DNA from: Macrostomum lignano
Lineage: Eukaryota
Direction: 5' to 3'
DNA: 64,000 nucleotides
Assembly (NCBI GenBank): GCA_002269645.1
Contig: NIVC01003488.1
Coordinates: 31,331 to 95,330, forward strand
Shown: positions 33,201 through 47,991 of the stretch, one piece after another
Numbering within the stretch: position 1 is the first letter of the stretch
Layout: every line of letters begins with the position of its first letter
Program-made: the position numbers and the translations under genes
Notes under the pieces: model-generated
Told to the model about the DNA's origin: nothing
Seen by the model: the letters and a program-made list of their open reading frames with translations, nothing else
The model's database searches: none

Positions 33201-34387
33201 TTCCCAACTTCAACCATAGACATACAAGTATGGCTCCGGGATTTATCTGAATACATCGGCTTCGGCTCTCGGGATTTAATCACATACCGACCTCAAACCC
33301 ATAGAATATCTCATACATATCCTAGTTTTTGTCAAAATTACCATAGACAACACATTCCCGGCTCAGAATAGTACAATTTTTAACGATAAAATGAGCAATC
33401 GTATTTTATATGACTAGCCAATATGCGATCACGAGCCATTTAAGCATGCTTTTTGTGTTTAATGCACGCTTTTACACATTTATATCCTGTTACAATAAGC
33501 ACCTATTGGAAATGATTCAAAGTTCTGTGGGGTTGGCTACATTCCAAGGGTGTCACGCACATTTCATCTGTATATTTGATGGAATGCAGTTTACGACGTA
33601 TGAAAGTATTTTTTCTCTAATAATAAGAATACACATACGAGCATATAGAGGGCAACTAGCAAGTGGAAAAGCATTGTCGTTTGACCAAATAGTGCAACAA
33701 TGAGTTTAACCATGCAGGAATGCTTTAGTCTCACTTGAAAATAAACTACCGTAAACTCTACCGACAATGCTATACTATGTTTCTAGCATCAATGGGTCAA
33801 ACAAATCAAATTTGAACTAAAAAACAATTGCTTTTTTCAGAATTCAACATTGTATCGGAACGAGCAAATTCGGAGAGGCAGTACACTGCCGGAGCTCGAC
33901 TCTCGGCGGCTGCCATTGCTGCTGCGGTGGAGGAAGGTCCGGAAGGATACGTTTTTGTAGAGTAGCTGTCTGGCTGCCTTTTAAGCTCCTTTACACTCAA
34001 GTGCAATCCCATTTCTGTGCGGATTTTTCGGATTTGCTTCCACTAAAATAGACATCACTTTTTTGTCTGTTAGCCGGGGCTCTAGTAGATTCCCTGTCAT
34101 AGACTTGGTTGAGTATATAAATTTAGGACAACTTAGAGATCAAACTATTAGTTTTGAAGAAACATTTTTGCAATTTGGGAACTTTTTGTAACTTCCGGGA
34201 TCCCGATGCGCATGATTGGTAACTTGTCAACGGCAATTTTTTTCATTTTTTATAGTTTTATGTGAAATAATTGCATATCCAATTTGTATTTGATTTTCAT
34301 TGTTAGTATTATACTTAGAGATTTAGCATATTTAGATAACTACTAAATAAGATATGTATTGGTATTGCTTTTGATTCTTACAATCAT

Positions 34388-35022
34388 GAGTGAGTGAGTG
34401 AGTGAGTGAGTGAGTGAGTGAGTGAGTGAGTGAGTGAGTGAGTGAGTGAGTGAGTGAGTGAGTGAATGAGTGAGTGAGTGAATGAGCGAGTGAGTGAGTG
34501 AGTGAGTGAGTGAGTGAGTGAGTGAGTGAATGAGTGAATGAGTGTGTGAGTGAGTGAGTGAGTGAGTGAGTGAGTGAGTGAATGAGTGAGTGAGTGAGTG
34601 AGTGAGTGAGTGAGTGAGTGAGTGAGTGAATGAGTGAGTGAGTGAGTGAGTGAGTGAGTGAGTGAGTGAGTGAGTGAGTGAGTGAGTGAGTGAGTGAGTG
34701 AGTGAGTGAGTGAGTGAGTGAGTGAGTGAGTGAGTGAGTGAGTGAGTGAGTGAGTGAGTGAGTGAGTGTGTGAGTGAGTGAGTGAGTGAGTGAGTGAGTG
34801 AGTGAGTGAGTGTGTGAGTGAGTGAGTGAGTGAGTGAGTGTGTGAGTGAGTGAGTGAGTGAGTGAGTGAGTGAGTGAGTGAGTGAGTGAGTGAGTGAGTG
34901 AGTGAGTGAGTGAGTGAGTGAGTGAGTGAGTGAGTGAGTGAGTGGGTGAGTGAGTGAGTGAGTGAGTGAGTGAGTGAGTGGGTGAGTGAGTGGGTGAGTG
35001 AGTGAGTGGGTGAGTGAGTGAG
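34388..35022. repeat. (GAGT)n microsatellite (mirror (ACTC)n 49730-50360)
   Basis: Direct reading. Confidence 0.98.
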
Positions 35023-35619
35023 AGTTTTGTGCTGGTTGTTACTGTTTTGCTACAATGATTGATGACTGCAATAAAGGAAAGTTCTCTGAATCATGCGGCA
35101 GAAGAAAAATGAATCATGAGTATTTTTATCGTTCATATTTTTTCTTTTTTCATCTGTTAGCCCATCCCGGTATTGAGGAACCTCCGGTATTTGGGACCCC
35201 TACGCAGAGCTAACTTTAACAATCTTTTTTAATCTTAACCTTGAAATCAAAAACTGGTTTTCTGCAATCAACTTATAAAATATAGATCAAATCATTTCAA
35301 CTGTACTCTCCATTTTAGATAGAATTTTTTCTATGCTGTCCTGACCTTTTTTAATTTGTCAGAGAATATACTGACCAGCATAATTTTTTCTGCCATGATT
35401 ACTTCTAAGTAGGGTGATACGAAATCACATGGCAAACCTTGTTTCCATATTTTCCCATTTTGCTAAACACAAATCACCCACATCACAAGCGCTTACGACG
35501 GAATAAAGCCATTATGAGGCAATTTGAAACTTTGAGGAAGAATACAACCGTGGATACTTCTGAGGTAGATTCTCCCATTCTGATTCTCCCATTCTGTGTG
35601 TTCCCGAATTGCAAAAAGT

Positions 35620-36450
35620 CACCTGTCTGTGGCTTCATTCACCTGTCTGTGGCTTCATTCATCTGTCTGTGGCTTCAATTATCTGTCTGTGGCTTCATTC
35701 ATCTGCCTGTGGCTTCATTCATCTGTCCTGTGGCTTCATTCATCTGTCTGTGGCTTCATTCATCTGCCTGTGGCTTCATTCATCTGTCCTGTGGCTTCAT
35801 TCATCTGTCTGTGGCTTCACTCACCTGTCTGTGGCTTCAATTATCTGTCTGTGGCTTCATTCATCTGCCTGTGGCTTCATTCATCTGTCCTGTGGCTTCA
35901 TTCATCCGTCAGTGGCTTCATTCATCTGTCAGTGGCTTCATTCATCTGCCTGTGGCTTCATTCATCTGTCTGTCTGTGGCTTCATTCACCTGTCTGTGGC
36001 TTCATTCATCTGTCCTGTGGCTTCATTCATCTGTCAGTGGCTTTATTCATCTGTCTGTGGCTTCATTCATCTGCCTGTGGCTTCATTCATCCGTCAGTGG
36101 CTTCATTCATCTGTCTGTGGCTTCACTCACCTGTCTGTGGCTTCGTTTATCTGTCTGTGGCTTCACTCACCTGTCTGTGGCTTCATTCATCTTTCTGTGG
36201 CTTCATTCATCCGTCAGTGGCTTCATTCATCTGTCAGTGGCTTCATTCATCTGTCAGTGGCTTCATTCATCTGTCAGTGGCTTCATTCATCTGTCTGTCT
36301 GTGGCTTCAATTATCTGTCTGTGGCTTCATTCATCTGTCTGTCTGTGGCTTCAATTATCTGTCTGCGGCTTTATTCATCTGTCTGTCTGTGGCTTCAATT
36401 ATCTGTCTGCGGCTTCATTCATCTGTCTGTTTGTGTCTTCATTTATCTGA
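35620..36450. repeat. ~20-bp variable minisatellite (CTGTGGCTTCATTCATCTGT)n (mirror 48300-49135)
   Basis: Direct reading; the 284-353-aa ORFs in all three frames are its translations. Confidence 0.95.
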
Positions 36451-36760
36451 CAGGTATTCACTGGGTCTCCCACTTGCCGTCTGAAATTCGTGGCATCTAA
36501 TTAAACGCAGGGAAATTACCCCTCGCGCACGAAAGCCAATTATGTAAGGTCGGTCAGTAAAAGTACACAGTTGTTCGGGACCAAAAGCAAAATATGTCTC
36601 AGCTGTAGCAAAGTCGCTACAGAGCTGTTCAGGCGTGTGGCAGACTGCTCATAGGAAAAAAGAGACCCGGAAAAGGAGTAAAAATAGATTGACTACTTGG
36701 CACTACTCATGAGCTCCTTTCCCTAATTCGATTGCTTTGATGAAGCCAGCATGTACCAGA

Positions 36761-36998
<238 letters not shown>

Positions 36999-37094
36999 CG
37001 ATTGACTTCAGCTCCTTGCACTGCAAATGACGCAAGCTTTTCCAACTCTCGCTCAGGCTCACTGGGTCTGGGGTGGCGGCTTTCAATGTTGCTG

Positions 37095-37450
37095 AGTATA
37101 GATTGAAGCCGGGAGGCCGTAGCCTTTGTGTGCCAGCGGCCCAGGCTCGATTCCAAGTGCAGTCGCATGAATCCTATATACTAAAATTTGGGGCTAAATT
37201 TGAATCTCGGCTTGGCTCTGCTCGTGCAATTAACGGCCTTGAGGCCCAACCCCCAAGGCACAGTGAAGTGTACATGCCTAACGATAAATAAAGTCAGGGC
37301 CGCTGTACACTCCTGTGTGAGTGCCTGTGCGTATGACTGCGTACGTATCCGCGCGCTTGTGTGCCTGCTCAGGGGAGTCGGCGGAATGGGCAGTAATGCC
37401 TCTCGTCGGTTGTGTGTCTATGTCGCTTAAAGTGCGCCAGGGTGCACACA
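37095..37450 (+). mobile_element. SINE-like repeat family 2, copy in left arm (mirror about 47307-47662)
   Basis: GGCTCGATTCC B-box-like motif plus the block shared with 18145-18430. Confidence 0.55.
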
Positions 37451-37507
37451 GCCCCCTGACTCTAGTAAAAGAATAGATCGAAGCCATAATCCATATTTGC
37501 ATGGATA

Positions 37508-37770
37508 CCAGCCCTTCAATCCCTGCATCAATGCCAGCCCTTCAATCCCTGCATCAATGCCAGCCCTTCAATCCCTGCATCAATGCCAGCCCTTCAATCC
37601 CTGCATCAATGCCAGCCCTTCAATCCCTGCATCAATGCCAGCCCTTCAATCCCTGCATCAATGCCAGCCCTTCAATCCCTGCATCAATGCCAGCCCTTCA
37701 ATCCCTGCATCAATGCCAGCCCTTCAATCCCTGCATCAATGCCAACCCTTCAATCCTTGCATCAATGCCA
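37508..37770. repeat. 26-bp minisatellite (CAGCCCTTCAATCCCTGCATCAATGC)n (mirror 46990-47250)
   Basis: Period of 26 (37509 to 37535). Confidence 0.96.
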
Positions 37771-38442
37771 GCTCACAACACGGCCATCCCTGATTAGTCC
37801 GACGCCACCTCCACCAAAAGAGAGCTCGCACCCAGCTGTTATTCCCTGCAAAATTGCTGCATGCAAACTCCAGTTCGCTTCACGCTTTTGATAAACGCAT
37901 TTATCGAAAATTTCTGATTTAATTGAGGCAAAATTGTATTTAGCAAAGCCATCTCTCGATATTAATTGTCTGTACAATATAAAGATTCGAGGGAGAGATT
38001 TGGCAGGCAAGCCAATTACTTTGCCGTCGTGAAATTGGGCTATTTTTCCAAGTCCATTTCCCTCTTTTTATCTCCTCTCAACAGCGTGCCCACTTGTTGT
38101 TTACCATGTAGGAATATTTCACCCGCCACTCAGCAACCCGGCCTTCTCCCATAGCTGGAGTGAGCTGAATACCTAAAATATTCTCGGAAATTCTAACTGA
38201 AAAATGTGTTCATTGAAATGCTGTGGAACAGGGAGGGGGAGGAGGCTAAAGACTAATGAGAACCGGCTGCTGCTGGTGCCGATGCATCATTTTAATCAGT
38301 CGGCTGGCCTCACGGGCCACCCGCTCACCCGCCACCCTAGGGCAACTACTCTGCTATAGATTCGTTGCAGCGTTAGTGTTCCTCCACACTAAACATTAAT
38401 TACTTGCTTGAGCAAGGGGACCAAACAGAAATTTAGTGGTTC

Positions 38443-38865
<423 letters not shown>

Positions 38866-39275
38866 TACTTATTAAGATGATAAATTATAAAATAAAAAGA
38901 CAATTATAAAAAGTTTCACGCACAATCTCTACGTAAAAAAGAAGGCGGAGCCTCGAGGGGTCGTGACCCGAGCGTCTGATGAAGCCAACGAAGGCTGGAG
39001 AATGTTGAGCTGTAAAAATTACAGATAGGCAAATTTTTCCCACACGAACTTTCATTAAGATGAGAGCAACATTTCTCTCGCTGATAGAGTTACTTTTTTC
39101 CAGATTTAATAAGGCATCAAGGATTACAAATAAAAGTGAAGCTGGGGAGACATGCAGAGATAGGCAGGATCGCAGAAATGGATCGGCAGACAGAATCGTT
39201 GCGAGAGAACAGGAGAGAACAAGCAGAAAACAGAGCAGCCAAGCCGTCGTGTGCGCGCACTCAGTCTCTGCCCTC

Positions 39276-40071
39276 NNNNNNNNNNNNNNNNNNNNNNNNN
39301 NNNNNNNNNNNNNNNNNNNNNNNNNNNNNNNNNNNNNNNNNNNNNNNNNNNNNNNNNNNNNNNNNNNNNNNNNNNNNNNNNNNNNNNNNNNNNNNNNNNN
39401 NNNNNNNNNNNNNNNNNNNNNNNNNNNNNNNNNNNNNNNNNNNNNNNNNNNNNNNNNNNNNNNNNNNNNNNNNNNNNNNNNNNNNNNNNNNNNNNNNNNN
39501 NNNNNNNNNNNNNNNNNNNNNNNNNNNNNNNNNNNNNNNNNNNNNNNNNNNNNNNNNNNNNNNNNNNNNNNNNNNNNNNNNNNNNNNNNNNNNNNNNNNN
39601 NNNNNNNNNNNNNNNNNNNNNNNNNNNNNNNNNNNNNNNNNNNNNNNNNNNNNNNNNNNNNNNNNNNNNNNNNNNNNNNNNNNNNNNNNNNNNNNNNNNN
39701 NNNNNNNNNNNNNNNNNNNNNNNNNNNNNNNNNNNNNNNNNNNNNNNNNNNNNNNNNNNNNNNNNNNNNNNNNNNNNNNNNNNNNNNNNNNNNNNNNNNN
39801 NNNNNNNNNNNNNNNNNNNNNNNNNNNNNNNNNNNNNNNNNNNNNNNNNNNNNNNNNNNNNNNNNNNNNNNNNNNNNNNNNNNNNNNNNNNNNNNNNNNN
39901 NNNNNNNNNNNNNNNNNNNNNNNNNNNNNNNNNNNNNNNNNNNNNNNNNNNNNNNNNNNNNNNNNNNNNNNNNNNNNNNNNNNNNNNNNNNNNNNNNNNN
40001 NNNNNNNNNNNNNNNNNNNNNNNNNNNNNNNNNNNNNNNNNNNNNNNNNNNNNNNNNNNNNNNNNNNNNNN
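39276..40071. other. Assembly gap (796 N)
   Basis: Run of N. Confidence 1.
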
Positions 40072-43000
40072 ACACCTCACTTTACTCTCTACTTCTGTCT
40101 ACACCTCACTTTACTCTCTACTTCTGTCTACACCTCACTTTACTCTCTACTTCTGTCTACACCTCACTTTACTCTCTACTTCTGTCTACACCTCACTTTA
40201 CTCTCTACTTCTGTCTACACCTCACTTTACTCTCTACTTCTGTCTACACCTCACTTTACTCTCTACTTCTGTCTACACCTCACTTTACTCTCTACTTCTG
40301 TCTACACCTCACTTTACTCTCTACTTCTGTCTACACCTCACTTTACTCTCTACTTCTGTCTACACCTCACTTTACTCTCTACTTCTGTCTACACCTCACT
40401 TTACTCTCTACTTCTGTCTACACCTCACTTTACTCTCTACTTCTGTCTACACCTCACTTTACTCTCTACTTCTGTCTACACCTCACTTTACTCTCTACTT
40501 CTGTCTACACCTCACTTTACTCTCTACTTCTGTCTACACCTCACTTTACTCTCTACTTCTGTCTACACCTCACTTTACTCTCTACTTCTGTCTACACCTC
40601 ACTTTACTCTCTACTTCTGTCTACACCTCACTTTACTCTCTACTTCTGTCTACACCTCACTTTACTCTCTACTTCAGTCTACACCTCACTTTACTCTCTA
40701 CTTCTGTCTACACCTCACTTTACTCTCTACTTCTGTCTACACCTCACTTTACTCTCTACTTTTCTGTCTACACCTCACTTTACTCTCTACTTCTGTCTAC
40801 ACCTCACTTTACTCTCTACTTCTGTCTACACCTCACTTTACTCTCTACTTCTGTCTACACCTCACTTTACTCTCTACTTCGTCTACACCTCACTTTACTC
40901 TCTACTTCTGTCTACACCTCACTTACTCTCTACTTCTGTCTACACCTCACTTTACTCTCTACTTCTGTCTACACCTCACTTTACTCTCTACTTCTGTCTA
41001 CACCTCACTTTACTCTCTACTTCTGTCTACACCTCACTTTACTCTCTACTTCTGTCTACACCTCACTTACTCTCTACTTCTGTCTACACCTCACTTTACT
41101 CTCTACTTCTGTCTACACCTCACTTTACTCTCTACTTCTGTCTACACCTCACTTTACTCTCTACTTCTGTCTACACCTCACTCTAGTCTCTACTTCTGTC
41201 TACACCTCACTTTACTCTCTACTTCTGTCTACACCTCACTTTACTCTCTACTTCTGTCTACACCTCACTTTACTCTCTACTTCTGTCTACACCTCACTTT
41301 ACTCTCTACTTCTGTCTACACCTCACTTTACTCTCTACTTCTGTCTACACCTCACTTTACTCTCTACTTCTGTCTACACCTCACTTTACTCTCTACTTCT
41401 GTCTACACCTCACTTTACTCTCTACTTCTGTCTACACCTCACTTTACTCTCTACTTCTGTCTACACCTCACTTTACTCTCTACTTCTGTCTACACCTCAC
41501 TTTACTCTCTACTTCTGTCTACACCTCACTTTACTCTCTACTTCTGTCTACACCTCACTTTACTCTCTACTTCTGTCTACACCTCACTTTACTCTCTACT
41601 TCTGTCTACACCTCACTTTACTCTCTACTTCTGTCTACACCTCACTTTACTCTCTACTTCTGTCTACACCTCACTTTACTCTCTACTTCTGTCTACACCT
41701 CACTTTACTCTCTACTTCTGTCTACACCTCACTTTACTCTCTACTTCTGTCTACACCTCACTTTACTCTCTACTTCTGTCTACACCTCACTTTACTCTCT
41801 ACTTCTGTCTACACCTCACTTTACTCTCTACTTCTGTCTACACCTCACTTTACTCTCTATTCTGTCTACACCTCACTTTACTCTCTACTTCTGTCTACAC
41901 CTCACTTTACTCTCTACTTCTGTCTACACCTCACTTTACTCTCTACTTCTGTCTACACCTCACTTTACTCTCTACTTCTGTCTACACCTCACTTTACTCT
42001 CTATTTCTGTCTACACCTCACTTTACTCTCTATTTCTGTCTACACCTCACTTTACTCTCTACTTCTGTCTACACCTCACTTTACTCTCTACTTCTGTCTA
42101 CACCTCACTTTACTCTCTACTTCTGTCTACACCTCACTTTACTCTCTACTTCTGTCTACACCTCACTTTACTCTCTACTTCTGTCTACACCTCACTTTAC
42201 TCTCTACTTCTGTCTACACCTCACTTTACTCTCTACTTCTGTCTACACCTCACTTTACTCTCTACTTCTGTCTACACCTCACTTTACTCTCTACTTCTGT
42301 CTACACCTCACTTTACTCTCTATTCTGTCTACACCTCACTTTACTCTCTACTTCTGTCTACACCTCACTTTACTCTCTACTTCTGTCTACACCTCACTTT
42401 ACTCTCTACTGTCTGTCTACACCTCACTTTACTCTCTATTTCTGTCTACACCTCACTTTACTCTCTACTTCTGTCTACACCTCACTTTACTCTCTACTTC
42501 TGTCTACACCTCACTCTAGTCTCTACTTCTGTCTACACCTCACTTTACTCTCTACTTCTGTCTACACCTCACTTTACTCTCTACTTCTGTCTACACCTCA
42601 CTTTACTCTCTATTTCTGTCTACACCTCACTTACTCTCTACTTCTGTCTACATCTCACTCTAGTCTCTACTTCTGTCTACACCTCACTTTACTCTCTACT
42701 TCTGTCTACACCTCACTTTACTCTCTACTTCTGTCTACACCTCACTTTACTCTCTACTTCTGTCTACACCTCACTTTACTCTCTACTTCAGTCTACACTC
42801 ACTCTAGTCTCTACTTCTGTCTACACCTCACTTTACTCTCTACTTCTGTCTACACCTCACTTTACTCTCTACTTCTGTCTACACCTCACTTTACTCTCTA
42901 CTTCTGTCTACACCTCACTCTAGTCTCTACTTCTGTCTACACCTCACTTTACTCTCTACTTCAGTCTACATCTCACTCTAGTCTCTACTTCTGTCTACAC

Positions 43001-43570
43001 CTCACTTTACTCTCTACTTCTGTCTACACCTCACTTTACTCTCTACTTCTGTCTACACCTCACTTTACTCTCTACTTCAGTCTACATCTCACTCTAGTCT
43101 CTACTTCTGTCTACACCTCACTTTACTCTCTACTTCTGTCTACACCTCACTTTACTCTCTACTTCTGTCTACATCTCACTCTAGTCTCTACTTCTGTCTA
43201 CACCTCACTGACTCTCTACTTCTGTCTACACCTCACTTTACTCTCTACTTCTGTCTACACCTCACTTTACTCTCTACTTCAGTCTACATCTCACTCTAGT
43301 CTCTACTTCTGTCTACACCTCACTTTACTCTCTACTTCTGTCTACACCTCACTTTACTCTCTACTTCAGTCTACATCTCACTCTAGTCTCTACTTCTGTC
43401 TACACCTCACTTTACTCTCTACTTCAGTCTACATCTCACTCTAGTCTCTACTTCTGTCTACACCTCACTTGACTCTCTACTTCAGTCTACATCTCAGTCT
43501 ACTCTCTACTTCAGTCTACATCTCAGTCTACTCTCTACTTCAGTCTACATCTCAGTCTACTCTCTACATC
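40072..43570. repeat. 29-bp satellite (ACACCTCACTTTACTCTCTACTTCTGTCT)n, >115 copies
   Basis: Period of 29 (40101 to 40130); degenerates at its right edge. Confidence 0.98.
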
Positions 43571-44387
43571 AGTCCGTTAAATTACAGATTAAATATATGA
43601 CTTATTATATCTTATGGATAAGCAGATCTGCAATCAGTGAATATACACTGTGAGAAGATCTATCTATTCCCCTGTTCATAGAGGTTAAGAGATTTCTCTG
43701 AGGACCAGAGTCTGGCTAAATTAGATTCAACTTCCTATACTATGCAGGCTGTATTATGCATAGGAGGCGATATCCCAGTCCCGAAGTGCACTCCCCCTAA
43801 GCCTGATGGTTCCTCTCTTCCCCTCTCTCTAAATAATTTCCTAATATGGGAATTGGTAATGTTTTCTATTGCTATAAAGTGTAGAAGTGTAGAATGGGAG
43901 ATGCGGGTCTGGGCTGCAGCCTCTTCCCCCACCCCGGCCTCGGTCTCGCCAACGCCGGCTTAGCCTGGGGTCACGTGAGGACATGCAGGCCAGACATTAA
44001 AGCCCGCTATGCAAACTGGCGAGAGAGAGAGGAGTTTTACGTGAGGAGACAGTCAAAACACAGCTTCCTTTACGGGACACGGGCGCCATCATCGATTACA
44101 ATTCTGTCTGAGTGCCTAACATTACCTTGGCCTGACCTGAACTCTCCTTACTTTAATCATCTACATCCTCCTCTCACATCCTTTCTGTCCTCTAATCCTG
44201 GAATCAATTCTTGAGTCTATACTCACGATCAGTATAGTATGCCTCAGACTGTGTTAATATTAGGATGCTACTGCTGCCGTAATTTATGGGAGCCAGACTA
44301 GAGAATCCTGTCTGCATTGATTGACGCTACTTATTGCACAGACTATACTCGGATATATTGTATGGCGTGGGTGAAACAACAACAACA

Positions 44388-44745
44388 GGGTCGGTATTTC
44401 TGCAGGGAGGGTAGGGTCGGTATTTCTGCAGGGAGGGTAGGGTCGGTATTTCTGCAGGGAGGGTAGGGTCGGTATTTCTGCAGGGAGGGTAGGGTCGGTA
44501 TTTCTGCAGGGAGGGTAGGGTCGGTATTTCTGCAGGGAGGGTAGGGTCGGTATTTCTGCAGGGAGGGTAGGGTCGGTATTTCTGCAGGGAGGGTAGGGTC
44601 GGTATTTCTGCAGGGAGGGTAGGGTCGGTATTTCTGCAGGGAGGGTAGGGTCGGTATTTCTGCAGGGAGGGTAGGGTCGGTATTAATGCAGGGAGGGTAG
44701 GGTCGGTATTAATGCAGGGAGGGTAGGGTCGGTATTAATGCAGGG
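44388..44745. repeat. 26-bp G-rich minisatellite (GGGAGGGTAGGGTCGGTATTTCTGCA)n
   Basis: Period of 26 (44401 to 44427). Confidence 0.96.
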
Positions 44746-45069
44746 AGGATAGGATAGGGTTCGTGTGGATGCTAGACTAATGAACTCTCCACCGTTTAGA
44801 ATGAAAGAACTCATTGCCATTCTCTGGAACACGTGCCAAATAATCCACAGGATAGTCAGATCCAATGCTGGAGACATTTTAATTAGGATTGAACTATGAG
44901 TAAATCATCTCTGCCTTCCAATTGAAAATTTTATAAAAAGACACCACGTGACCTTCTGGCTGTCAGTCAACGCCTTACTTTTTATTCGTTTTGCCTCCAA
45001 TAACTGGTACTGAAACTGTTAACTGATTTTCTTTACTAAAAAAATTACATTTTAACTAATAGCATCAAT

Positions 45070-45305
45070 AGGATGCAGGGATTGAAGGGTCTGATAGGAT
45101 GCAGGGAGTGAAGGGTCTGATAGGATGCAGGGAGTGAAGGGTCTGATAGGATGCAGGGAGTGAAGGGTCTGATAAGATGCAGGGAGTGAAGGGTCTGATA
45201 AGATGCAGGGAGTGAAGGGTCTGATAGGATGTAGGGAGTGAAGAGTCTGATCGGATGCAGGGAGTGAAGAGTCTGATAGGATGCAGGGAGTGAAGGGTCT
45301 GATCG
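45070..45305. repeat. 26-bp minisatellite (GATAGGATGCAGGGAGTGAAGGGTCT)n
   Basis: Direct reading; unit related to the 46990-47250 repeat. Confidence 0.92.
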
Positions 45306-45894
45306 GATGCTGCACTCTGCCTTGTCCGCGAACCCGTGACACAGCCATCGTTTTTGAAGAAGATTTGAATTCATTTCTGAGATGAAAATATACGGAGAAT
45401 GGCAATCAGCCGTGCATGATTTCAATAGAGTTATTTTACATCCTCACCGGAGTCACGTGCAAGACTCCCAGCGGGGGATGGAGGGCAGAGACTGAGTGCG
45501 TGCACACGACGGCTTGGCTGCTCTGTTTTCTGCTTGTTCTCTCCTGTTCTCTCGCAACGATTCTGTCTGCCGATCCATTTCTGCGATCCTGCCTATCTCT
45601 GCATGTCTCCCCAGCTTCACTTTTTATTTGTAATCCTTGATGCCTTATTAAATCTGGAAAAAATAACTCTATCAGCGAGAGAAATGTTGCTCTCATCTTA
45701 ATGAAAGTTCGTGTGGGAAAAAATTTGCCTATCTGTAATTTTTACAGCTCAACATTCTCCAGCCTTCGTTGGCTTCATCAGACGCTCGGGTCACGACCCC
45801 TCGAGGCTCCGCCTTCTTTTTTACGTAGAGATTGTGCGTGAAACTTTTTATAATTGTCTTTTTATTTTTATAATTTATCATCTTAATAAGTAAT

Positions 45895-46306
<412 letters not shown>

Positions 46307-47785
46307 CAAGTAAGGAACCACTAAATTTCTGTTTGGTCCCCTTGCTCAAGCAAGTAATTAATGTTTAGTGTGGAGGAACACTAACGCTGCAACGAATCTA
46401 TAGCAGAGTAGTTGCCCTAGGGTGGCGGGTGAGCGGGTGGCCCGTGAGGCCAGCCGACTGATTAAAATGATGCATCGGCACCAGCAGCAGCCGGTTCTCA
46501 TTAGTCTTTAGCCTCCTCCCCCTCCCTGTTCCACAGCATTTCAATGAACACATTTTTCAGTTAGAATTTCCGAGAATATTTTAGGTATTCAGCTCACTCC
46601 AGCTATGGGAGAAGGCCGGGTTGCTGAGTGGCGGGTGAAATATTCCTACATGGTAAACAACAAGTGGGCACGCTGTTGAGAGGAGATAAAAAGAGGGAAA
46701 TGGACTTGGAAAAATAGCCCAATTTCACGACGGCAAAGTAATTGGCTTGCCTGCCAAATCTCTCCCTCGAATCTTTATATTGTACAGACAATTAATATCG
46801 AGAGATGGCTTTGCTAAATACAATTTTGCCTCAATTAAATCAGAAATTTTCGATAAATGCGTTTATCAAAAGCGTGAAGCGAACTGGAGTTTGCATGCAG
46901 CAATTTTGCAGGGAATAACAGCTGGGTGCGAGCTCTCTTTTGGTGGAGGTGGCGTCGGACTAATCAGGGATGGCCGTGTTGTGAGCTGGCATTGATGCAA
47001 GGATTGAAGGGTTGGCATTGATGCAGGGATTGAAGGGCTGGCATTGATGCAGGGATTGAAGGGCTGGCATTGATGCAGGGATTGAAGGGCTGGCATTGAT
47101 GCAGGGATTGAAGGGCTGGCATTGATGCAGGGATTGAAGGGCTGGCATTGATGCAGGGATTGAAGGGCTGGCATTGATGCAGGGATTGAAGGGCTGGCAT
47201 TGATGCAGGGATTGAAGGGCTGGCATTGATGCAGGGATTGAAGGGCTGGTATCCATGCAAATATGGATTATGGCTTCGATCTATTCTTTTACTAGAGTCA
47301 GGGGGCTGTGTGCACCCTGGCGCACTTTAAGCGACATAGACACACAACCGACGAGAGGCATTACTGCCCATTCCGCCGACTCCCCTGAGCAGGCACACAA
47401 GCGCGCGGATACGTACGCAGTCATACGCACAGGCACTCACACAGGAGTGTACAGCGGCCCTGACTTTATTTATCGTTAGGCATGTACACTTCACTGTGCC
47501 TTGGGGGTTGGGCCTCAAGGCCGTTAATTGCACGAGCAGAGCCAAGCCGAGATTCAAATTTAGCCCCAAATTTTAGTATATAGGATTCATGCGACTGCAC
47601 TTGGAATCGAGCCTGGGCCGCTGGCACACAAAGGCTACGGCCTCCCGGCTTCAATCTATACTCAGCAACATTGAAAGCCGCCACCCCAGACCCAGTGAGC
47701 CTGAGCGAGAGTTGGAAAAGCTTGCGTCATTTGCAGTGCAAGGAGCTGAAGTCAATCGCTCTCTCTCTCCTCTCTCTCTCTCTCT

Positions 47786-47991
<206 letters not shown>

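Noticed and set aside
35439-36500. 353/291/284-aa Cys/His-rich ORFs and their mirrors
   Set aside because: Translations of a ~20-bp minisatellite, open in every frame
39060-43444. Very long ORFs (708-1397 aa) across the gap
   Set aside because: Artefacts of N-runs plus a stop-free 29-bp satellite open in all three frames
40072-43570. CRISPR-like array (also considered for 12165-12800, 14365-15135 and 32003-32560)
   Set aside because: Head-to-tail tandem units with no unique spacers, no cas genes, eukaryotic context
43690-44390. Possible LINE 3' remnant ending in (CAA)n
   Set aside because: No recognisable RT or endonuclease motifs could be read; too weak to call
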